DNA of 64,000 nucleotides, taken from assembly GCA_965222075.1 (NCBI GenBank), contig OZ244937.1, forward strand, positions 2,112,001 through 2,176,000, in the 5' to 3' direction. This document shows positions 39,775 to 47,116 of the stretch, one piece after another. The DNA is from Candidatus Latescibacterota bacterium (GTDB lineage: Bacteria > Latescibacterota > UBA2968 > GCA-2709665). The first letter of the stretch is position 1. The number at the start of each line of letters is the position of its first letter. A program made the position numbers and the translations under genes. The notes beneath the pieces were generated by a model. That model did not search any database and was not told the origin of the DNA. It saw only the letters and a list, made by a program, of their open reading frames with translations.

Positions 39775-39807
39775 AAAAAAAAAGCCAGCCATTCTCAATA
39801 GCCGGCC
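39775..39807 (-). terminator. Terminator downstream of dnaJ
   Basis: Minus strand GGCCGGCTATT / AATGGCTGGCT stem plus T-run. Confidence 0.6.
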
Positions 39808-39844
39808 ATTGGATTTCTTGAAGTTCAAACGCTCCACCCCTTTT

Positions 39845-40999
39845 CTACCCGCCCAGGGCCTCCTTCATACGTTCAAAAAGCCCCTTTCCACCCGCCGGAG
39901 GCTGGACGTTCTCCAGCTTGGCCAGTTGCCAGAACAGTTCCTCTTCCTTCTTGTTCAGCTTGGCCGGCGTCCAGACCATCACCCGTACCAGCTGGTCCCC
40001 CGTCCGATACCCGTTCAACTCCGGGATGCCTTTCCCCCGAAGCCGGAAGATCTGTCCGGACTGCGTCCCGGCCGGGACCTTCATCTGCACCTTCCCCGCC
40101 AGGGTGAGCACCTCCACCTCGGCGCCCAGCGCCGCCTGGCTGAAACTGATTGGCAGATCGTACAGAATATCGTTGCCGTGCCGCTCAAAAAAGTCGTGCT
40201 CTGCCTCTTCAACAAAAACCAGACAGTCCCCCGCAGGCCCTCCCCGCAACCCCACACTTCCCTGCCCCTTCAGGGAGATATAATTCCCTTCGGAAATGCC
40301 CGACGGGATACTGACCGAAAGGAGCGCCATCTTCTTCACCCGGCCCTCTCCCCTGCACTCAGAGCAGGGCTCCCGGATGGTCGTTCCCTCCCCCCTGCAC
40401 TGGGGGCAGGTCGCTACGTTCACGAACTGCCCGAAAAGCGACCGCGTGGCCTGCCGCACCTGTCCCATACCGCCGCAGACCGTACAGGTCGCAGGCGGCG
40501 CCCCGGATTTTGTCCCCGCCCCCTCGCAGGTATTGCAGGTTTCCATCCGGGACAGTTTCACCTTCTTCTCCACACCACTGGCGATCTCTTCCAGGACCAG
40601 CTTGAGTCCAATCCGGAGGTCCTCGCCTTTTTGGGGGCCCCGACGCCCTCGGCTCCCGAACATATCTCCGAAGATCCCACCCCCGAAGATCTCGTCCAAA
40701 TTGGAGAAGATATCCTGAAAGTCGGCCGCACGGGTAAAATCGGTCCACTGGAAATCACCGGAGCGGTACGGCCCGCCAAGCCCCTCATGCCCGTATCGGT
40801 CGTAAATCTGACGTTTCTGTGCGTCGCCCAACACCTCGAAGGCCTCGGCGACCTCCTTGAACCGCTCCTCCGCCCCTTGATCTCCAGAATTCCGGTCGGG
40901 ATGATATTTCAGTGCCTGCTTCCGATACGCCTTTTTCAGCGCATCCCCGGTGGCGTTTCTGTCCACCCCAAGGACCTCGTAATAATCACGTCTGGCCAT
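39845..40999 (-). CDS. dnaJ: Chaperone DnaJ
   Basis: J-domain HPD, G/F region, four CxxCxGxG repeats. Confidence 0.98.
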   Translation of the reverse strand: MARRDYYEVLGVDRNATGDALKKAYRKQALKYHPDRNSGDQGAEERFKEVAEAFEVLGDAQKRQIYDRYGHEGLGGPYRSGDFQWTDFTRAADFQDIFSNLDEIFGGGIFGDMFGSRGRRGPQKGEDLRIGLKLVLEEIASGVEKKVKLSRMETCNTCEGAGTKSGAPPATCTVCGGMGQVRQATRSLFGQFVNVATCPQCRGEGTTIREPCSECRGEGRVKKMALLSVSIPSGISEGNYISLKGQGSVGLRGGPAGDCLVFVEEAEHDFFERHGNDILYDLPISFSQAALGAEVEVLTLAGKVQMKVPAGTQSGQIFRLRGKGIPELNGYRTGDQLVRVMVWTPAKLNKKEEELFWQLAKLENVQPPAGGKGLFERMKEALGG

Positions 41000-41069
41000 T
41001 CACACGTCCTGGTGCGTCCAAATAACAATAGGGCCGGAACAACCTTCGGCCCTTAGAAGCTGAAAACGT

Positions 41070-41696
41070 CTAATCCTCTTCCTTCCTGGCTTTTTGTGCT
41101 GGTTCACCTACCTCCTCAGGCCTCCCCCGGCTCACCACCACCCTGGCATGCCGGATAACCTTATCGCGCAGGCAGTATCCCTTCTCCACAACCTCGGCGA
41201 CCATCCCTGCATCGTGCTCGTCCGAATCCACCTGCATCAGGGCTTCGTGGTAGTGAGGGTCAAAAGCCCGTCCCACAGCCTCAATCTCCAAAAGCCCCCG
41301 ATTGTGGAGCACCCTGGGCAGCTGCTCCATAATCATCTTGACCCCTTCGCGATAGCCCTCCGAATCGGCCCGTCCATCCTCGCTGTGAACCAGCGCCCGG
41401 TCCACAGCGTCCAAGACCGGCAAAAGGTCTCGAATCACACGTTCACTGGCCGACTGGACCAGGGCTTCGAACTCCTTATTCTTCCGCTTTTTGTAGTTCT
41501 CAAACTCCGCCGCCAGCCGCAGAAAACGGTCCTTGTAATCCTCCGCCTCCTTCCGGGCCTCCTCTAACGGATCTTCTCCAGGCTCCTCCAAAACGGCTGC
41601 CTCGATTTCCGAAGCCTCCTCCTCGGATTCTTGAGCCTGCGCTTCTGTCAGCTTTGCCTCCTCTTTTTGTTCATTCTCGATGTTGGGATTCACCAT
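41070..41696 (-). CDS. grpE: Nucleotide exchange factor GrpE
   Basis: RLAAEFENYKKR, FDPHYHEA, KGY..DKVIRHARVVV. Confidence 0.97.
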   Translation of the reverse strand: MVNPNIENEQKEEAKLTEAQAQESEEEASEIEAAVLEEPGEDPLEEARKEAEDYKDRFLRLAAEFENYKKRKNKEFEALVQSASERVIRDLLPVLDAVDRALVHSEDGRADSEGYREGVKMIMEQLPRVLHNRGLLEIEAVGRAFDPHYHEALMQVDSDEHDAGMVAEVVEKGYCLRDKVIRHARVVVSRGRPEEVGEPAQKARKEED

Positions 41697-41712
41697 TAGC
41701 CTGCGCTTCCTC

Positions 41713-42747
41713 CTACTGTTGTTCGAGTATTTCCTCGGTCAAATCGGTCATATACTGAAGCATCGGCACCATACGAGCATAGGGGATGCGCGTGGGGCCA
41801 ATCACCCCGATAATTCCGGAAACATTGCCCACCCAATAACGCGACGTCAGCAAGCTGCAGTTCTGCAGTTCAGGAGACCAGTGCTCGTTCCCAATCGTAA
41901 TTGCAATCCCTTCAAGGTCCATCCGTTCATCTAAGATCGTAACCATCAACTCCCGTTCCTCAAGCAGGCCAAGCAGCGCAGCCAGCCCTTTCTGATCGCT
42001 GGTGAATTCCGGCTGCAGGAAAAAATTTTTCGCTCCGCCAAAGTGCAGATCGTCCCCGCTGCTGAACTTGAAAAGGGTATCCACGCTATCGGATAGGAGG
42101 CGCAGCAACTTGGGTGACCCGCGCGAGACCGACCGGAGACGCTCCCCGACCGAATCCCGAATCTCTCCCACAGTGAGCCCAAAGAGCCGTTCGTTAATCA
42201 CGCGCTTCGTCTCTTCCAGCTCCGAAGCGCTGATATTCGAGTCGACCTCCATCACCATCGTCTTGATCAGCCCCGACTTGATCGTCAAAACCAGCAACAG
42301 CTTGGATTCAGACAGGTGGACCATTTCCAGACGCTGAAAGATGCCTCGCTCGAACCTGGGCGTAAGCGCCACCCCCAGATTGTGCGAGACGTCTGCAACC
42401 GCTCTGGACACCTGTTCCAGCACGCCCTCAATATTCCCTTCCCAGGCGCGCACCACCATATTGTCGCGAATACGCTGAAGGTCTTTCTCTACCAGCTCTT
42501 CCTGAGCCATCAGCTTATCCACATAATACCGGTAGCCTTTATCCGTAGGCACACGCCCGGCGGACGTATGGGGGTGAGACAGATATCCCTTCTCCTCCAG
42601 ATCGGCCATCGAATTTCGCACGGTCGCCGCGCTGAGCCCAAGCCCCGACTTGGAAACCGTCCTTGAACCAACGGGTTCCCCGGTTGTAACGTAGGTCCGG
42701 ATCAGGGTGTTGAGAATCGCCTCTTCGCGTTGTGACAGTCGATCCAT
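41713..42747 (-). CDS. hrcA: Heat-inducible transcription repressor HrcA
   Basis: EPVGSR, SAATVRNSMADLE, HPHTSAGRVPTDKGYRYYV, GVIGPTR. Confidence 0.97.
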   Translation of the reverse strand: MDRLSQREEAILNTLIRTYVTTGEPVGSRTVSKSGLGLSAATVRNSMADLEEKGYLSHPHTSAGRVPTDKGYRYYVDKLMAQEELVEKDLQRIRDNMVVRAWEGNIEGVLEQVSRAVADVSHNLGVALTPRFERGIFQRLEMVHLSESKLLLVLTIKSGLIKTMVMEVDSNISASELEETKRVINERLFGLTVGEIRDSVGERLRSVSRGSPKLLRLLSDSVDTLFKFSSGDDLHFGGAKNFFLQPEFTSDQKGLAALLGLLEERELMVTILDERMDLEGIAITIGNEHWSPELQNCSLLTSRYWVGNVSGIIGVIGPTRIPYARMVPMLQYMTDLTEEILEQQ

Positions 42748-42897
42748 AGGAAGCCTACCCCCCCGATAAGTAAAAGGACCGGGGGAATGCCCTGAGATAG
42801 AACACCGGCTCTTTTTTGCGCCTTCAATAAAAAGTCCGGGGAGAAGTACGGAAGGGCCGACGGATCCGATGATCAAAACTCGCTTATTTTAGAACTA

Positions 42898-42926
42898 ATG
42901 ATACACGAATACATGGATAATGTCAA
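42898..42926 (-). promoter_or_regulatory. Sigma-70 promoter of the hrcA operon
   Basis: TTGACA-17 nt-TATCAT on the minus strand. Confidence 0.7.
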
Positions 42927-42976
42927 GTCTTAATAGGCCCCTCAAAAGCACCCCGACCAACCGGCCGGCTTTTCCG

Positions 42977-43840
42977 TTAGAGCCCGGAGCCGAGGCGTCC
43001 CACCGGCCTGGACAGCACCGCGGGCTTCACCGTTGACCCAAAGGCGCCTGCGAACAGGACGAAGTCGGAGAAGGCGACGAACCCATCCCCGTCAAGGTCG
43101 AACCTGACATCGGTGCTGCCAAAGGCGCCTGCGAACAGGACGAAGTCGGAGAAGGCGACGCGGCCGTCCCCGTCAAAGTCCGGACTTGGTTTTGCAGGCT
43201 CTGCGGCCTCCACTTCAATAAAATTCTCCTCCGTCTTCGTATTGCTGCCGCTCGCATTCGTCGCCGTCAGGGAAACCGTATACATCCCCGGCTGTGCATA
43301 CGTATGCTCGGGATTCTGCTCGGTGCTCGTCTCCCCATCCCCAAAATCCCAGGCCCAGGCGTTGGGATCGTTGGTTGAACTATCTGTAAACGTAACCTTC
43401 AGCGGCGCAGGCCCCCCCCCCGGCTCTGCCTCGAAGTTGGCCACAGGCGCCTGCTGCTGCGGCTGCGGCCTGCTGGCGGCGTTGCCCGGCTGGGTCACCA
43501 ACGAAACATTCCCCGGCGGCGACTGTCCCGACCGCCAGGTTCCGTTCGGATCCTGTAGCTCCTGGCCGTTCGTGAACCCGTCGCCGTCCGAATCCAGAGC
43601 CGCCAGCGCCGCGCCCCAAAACGCCTCATTGCCGCCCGGGCTCACACGGGCCCCCACCGCCAGTCCGAAGGCATTGCGCGCGCTGCCCCCCCCGGTGGTA
43701 TGGCAGGTATTACATCCCGCAACATTGCCGTGTGGCATCATATTCACCCGGAAACCTCGCGCCTCAACCTCTGCAACCTCCCATCCACCCATCAGGGCTG
43801 TCAGGAAAACAACCGCACTCAACGTTTTCCAGCGGGGCAT
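42977..43840 (-). CDS. Secreted protein with CxxCH/temptin-like N-domain, PKD domain and dockerin-like repeat
   Basis: Signal peptide, CNTCH, RNAFG, LDSDGDGFTNGQEL, PKD motif WAWDFGDG..NPEHTY, DFDGDG..FSDFVLFAGAFG twice (42-bp exact DNA repeat at 43038-43079 and 43119-43160). Confidence 0.8.
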   Translation of the reverse strand: MPRWKTLSAVVFLTALMGGWEVAEVEARGFRVNMMPHGNVAGCNTCHTTGGGSARNAFGLAVGARVSPGGNEAFWGAALAALDSDGDGFTNGQELQDPNGTWRSGQSPPGNVSLVTQPGNAASRPQPQQQAPVANFEAEPGGGPAPLKVTFTDSSTNDPNAWAWDFGDGETSTEQNPEHTYAQPGMYTVSLTATNASGSNTKTEENFIEVEAAEPAKPSPDFDGDGRVAFSDFVLFAGAFGSTDVRFDLDGDGFVAFSDFVLFAGAFGSTVKPAVLSRPVGRLGSGL

Positions 43841-43953
43841 GGTGTATCCTCCCTCCTTAAAGTTGCCTTGCAGACTGCATGTTCATAATGCTAAGTTTTA
43901 AACCTGCGTAACCTTCACCGACAAAATAAATCAAGATCACTGCCGAGGCAACC

Positions 43954-43982
43954 AAAAAGCCAGCCGGGAGGGGCTGGCTTTT
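43954..43982. terminator. Bidirectional terminator hairpin
   Basis: AAAAGCCAGCC / GGCTGGCTTTT perfect stem. Confidence 0.8.
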
Positions 43983-44031
43983 GTCTTATCCGACTCATTG
44001 GTCTGTCCTATTGCCGAAAATTCCATTTTAC
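43954..44031 (-). ncRNA. Candidate sigma-54-dependent small RNA (about 80 nt)
   Basis: GGCAC-N5-CTGTA (-24/-12-like) at 44056-44042 on the minus strand, followed by the terminator at 43954-43982. Confidence 0.35.
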
Positions 44032-44564
44032 ATTGAACCAGTACAGATGCTGTGCCCAAAACACCCGGAGGGCTTTGCGTGAGATAAAAAATAATATATC
44101 GCAATCTGAGCCCCTGGTCCGCTACCCACTCCTCTGGCCTGCCGCAAGCCACGCGCATACAGGGTTCTGCGATGAAACGTCACCATTGAACCGGGCGCGC
44201 CATCCGGGCTGAGAAGCCTCTCATCCCGGAACCGGGGGCGTCTCACCCTCGACGTAAACCGCGTCCCTCCCGGGGGATGCCATCGGCCCCACGTGGGTTT
44301 CAAGAACGCCTCTCAACCGCCCCCCCGGACCGGGGTCGCAGTTGCCACAACTGTTGCAAAATGCGCCACTCGTTGCAGATTGCAACACGCCCACCCTCGC
44401 CTAAGTTATTGTAAAAAATACGGAAAAACGGATATTAACGCGGATTTTGAGGTTGCATTGGTGGAAAATAATGATTATTTTTTATAATGGATATACCTTG
44501 AAAAAATTATAGGTCGCATCAATACGAAACGAATTGTAATTCAAAGTTCAGCCCGAAGCGATAG

Positions 44565-44683
44565 AAAAAACCGTCGGTTCCCTAACCTGCCAAAGTCGAA
44601 AACCGACGGTCCTGAAAGAAGGTCCACAGCCTGTGTGTCCCCCAGCGCTTTTGTGCTGCGAGACGGGATGCGGCCTTCACTGC
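44565..44683 (-). ncRNA. Candidate structured small RNA (about 120 nt)
   Basis: TTGACA-17-TATATT promoter (44718-44690), 5' stem GAAGGCCGCA / TGTGGACCTTC, terminator ACCGTCGGTT / AACCGACGGT plus T-run. No convincing ORF. Confidence 0.6.
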
Positions 44684-44783
44684 ATACGAAATATACAGAA
44701 CCTTTTCTTTTATGTCAATCGCAACGATCCGGAATCGAAAGCGTATCAACCCGGACTAAGGGATAAAATCTTCCGTCAACGTT

Positions 44784-46875
44784 GACGCATTCGTAAAAAG
44801 TCTTGGTCCGTTTGGGTAACTATAGTGCTCCGTTCGTCGCCCATTCACGTAGAATCGGTTCGAGAGACCCAAGAGGCTTCAGGAAGCCCTTGAGAAGGCT
44901 CCAAAGCGCCGGTTTTCGAGAGAAGATGCGAGCAGAAATCACTTGTGGCGGGGGAAGGTGAGTCTGTGCAGCCTCGTTCATGGTCTTGAGCGCATATTTC
45001 ACCGCTCGCTTGACATTGATCGCCAAGGTCTTAAAGGTGGAGGCCAACTCGACGGCAGGTCGTCCTCGCACGCGCAAATGGCCCAAGCCGTGGTCGTTCT
45101 TGTCATGGGAGATGGTTGCCTCGATGCCTGAGCGGATCTTATAGGCTTTTTTGAAGGCGACGGTTTGCTGTTGGTTTTGGCGGCGGGCGGTGGCCAGCTT
45201 TTCAGGGGTCCAGGTGAGTCGACGTTGGGTCTGATTGAGATGGGTTGGGCAGCGGGAGGCGTGGGGGCACACGTCACACAAAGTCCGATCAAAATAGGCG
45301 CTACGGCCTGTCTGGTCGCGCGTCTCTTGATGGCGAAGCGGCGCTTGCCCTGCCGGGCAAGCCAGCACCTGTTGATTTGTCATATCAAAGGTGAAGTCAG
45401 ACAACGTTTGTGCCTCGGATGCGGGTTTGCTGCCGGGTAAAGGACCCTGCAAATCCACGCCCATCACCTCTGCCTGGACGATGTTTTCCCCACTGATGTA
45501 ATTGCTGTCGGCAAAGGCTATGACCGGCTTGTCGCCTTGTTGCTGAAGGGTCTCCAGCAAAGGGACCGTCGCGTTTTGGTCGCTTTCGTGCGCGCCTTGC
45601 AAGAGCGTGGTCGTGATCACCTGAAAGGGATTGCCCGGCACACATGTCTCGCAAAGTTGGAACTGATAGCCTTTGCCTTTATGCCCGAAGGTGGCGTCAG
45701 GATCAGAAGGACTTTGCAGAGACGTTGGCGCGATCTCTTTGGGATCTCTCAGACGCACAGCCTCATCGCATTGGGGATCACTCTGGGCGGATGTATGCTT
45801 TGTCCAGGGGCCGCACGCATCGGCTCCATCGGCACCATCGGCTGTAGAGGAGACATCAGACGCTTCGGCGGAGACTTCTGCTTTGGCTTCTTTGGGGCCT
45901 TTATGCACCTCGACCGGCTCAGCCTGTGTCTCCTGTTGAGGAGGAACCTCCTCACACTGGTCTTTGAAAACCCGCTTCAAATGACGATACTGCTTGAGCT
46001 TGAAAAGCTTTGGATCGCCTCGAAACTGGTCGATGAGTTCCCACAGATCCCCTGCGCAGGCATCCAACCGACGAGACGCCAACGACGAACGGGTATCTGA
46101 AAAATAACCTTCACGCTCCAGATACCGCTGGTGAAACTTCTTGGGCAACTGAGCCAATACGGAAGCGACTTTCTGATCTTTTTGAGCCATCCGCTTCAAC
46201 TTGAACAGAAACGCCTCGATCGTCTTGACAAAAAGCCCCAAACGCGTCAACTGTTTCATCGCGCTCATCACATGCGTCGAATCCATGCGCTGACGCGAGG
46301 TATCCAACCCAAACCGGTCAATGATCTGACCCGTCAGATGATGAAAAAACCGCTGATGCTTCTGACTCTTCACCATCCGATCTCGAAAATTATGCAGCGT
46401 CTTTTGACAGATTGACGCCTGAGAAAACCCTAACTGAAGCGCATACTGCCACTGCAAATTGAACTGCACCGCCTCCAGGGCCTGCTCATCGGTATAATCG
46501 TGGAACTCCTTAAGGATCAAGATCCCTAACAGCTCTGCCACCGGTTTGTTGGGTGCCCCAAACAAAGGATGGTAAAGGTCAGCAAAGTCGGCTTCGGCTT
46601 CCCAAAGCATGGGAAGGATCTCGCCACGGAAGATCCCAGGCCATCCGCTTTCTAATTGCGCTCGCTTGGCCTGAGGAAGCACGGCTTTTAGGTCATCGTC
46701 ACTGGGCTGTCGGGATTTGGGTCGAAACATTGCGGGTCCTCTTCAGAAAAGATAAACAACTGTCCCCCAACACCTTATAACGTAAACACTGATCCGAATG
46801 AAAATCAAGTAGAATCACCGTAACCACAACCCTTTAAACAACTTAACACCCCAACACTCTTTTTACGAGACCATC
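44784..46875 (-). mobile_element. Insertion sequence (IS1182/IS5-like), 2092 bp
   Basis: Imperfect terminal inverted repeats GACGCATTCGTAAAAAG / GATGGTCTCGTAAAAAG (13/17). AACGTT direct repeat at 44778-44783 and 46876-46881. Confidence 0.88.
44820..46730 (-). CDS. DDE transposase (IS1182-like)
   Basis: GAPNKP, TLHNFR, RMDSTHV, SPSDPDATF, ADSNY, CPAG...CxxCP..C zinc motif, YKIRSGIEAT. Confidence 0.92.
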   Translation of the reverse strand: MFRPKSRQPSDDDLKAVLPQAKRAQLESGWPGIFRGEILPMLWEAEADFADLYHPLFGAPNKPVAELLGILILKEFHDYTDEQALEAVQFNLQWQYALQLGFSQASICQKTLHNFRDRMVKSQKHQRFFHHLTGQIIDRFGLDTSRQRMDSTHVMSAMKQLTRLGLFVKTIEAFLFKLKRMAQKDQKVASVLAQLPKKFHQRYLEREGYFSDTRSSLASRRLDACAGDLWELIDQFRGDPKLFKLKQYRHLKRVFKDQCEEVPPQQETQAEPVEVHKGPKEAKAEVSAEASDVSSTADGADGADACGPWTKHTSAQSDPQCDEAVRLRDPKEIAPTSLQSPSDPDATFGHKGKGYQFQLCETCVPGNPFQVITTTLLQGAHESDQNATVPLLETLQQQGDKPVIAFADSNYISGENIVQAEVMGVDLQGPLPGSKPASEAQTLSDFTFDMTNQQVLACPAGQAPLRHQETRDQTGRSAYFDRTLCDVCPHASRCPTHLNQTQRRLTWTPEKLATARRQNQQQTVAFKKAYKIRSGIEATISHDKNDHGLGHLRVRGRPAVELASTFKTLAINVKRAVKYALKTMNEAAQTHLPPPQVISARIFSRKPALWSLLKGFLKPLGSLEPILREWATNGAL

Positions 46876-46921
46876 AACGTTCGCTGATTTTTAGCGGATG
46901 GATCACAGGGGCATCCGCAAG

Positions 46922-46983
46922 ACCTGTCTGCCGTGCCGGGCACCTGCTTGCGCGCTGCGCGCAGGCAAGCGGCACAGGCAGGT
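46922..46983. repeat. Nested palindromic (REP/MITE-like) element
   Basis: Outer arms ACCTGTCTGCCGTGCC ... GGCACAGGCAGGT enclose the inner CCTGCTTGCGCGC-T-GCGCGCAGGCA palindrome. Confidence 0.6.
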
Positions 46984-47116
46984 GCGTCAAATTACAGGAC
47001 TGGATGAACAGACGCCACACATATGAAAGATCGGGTCCGGATCAAGAGGCCGGGAGGATATGGCAATGAAGCTCACGAGAAGGTCTGAAGTGGCTCAAGA
47101 CCAAAGGGGGGATAGA

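Noticed and set aside
42873-42898. Degenerate CIRCE (TTAGTTCTA-N8-GAGTTTTGA, minus strand)
   Set aside because: Spacer is 8 nt rather than 9, with many mismatches.
43937-44487. Short ORFs in the long intergenic region
   Set aside because: No RBS or recognisable motifs, and they cross terminators and regulatory motifs.
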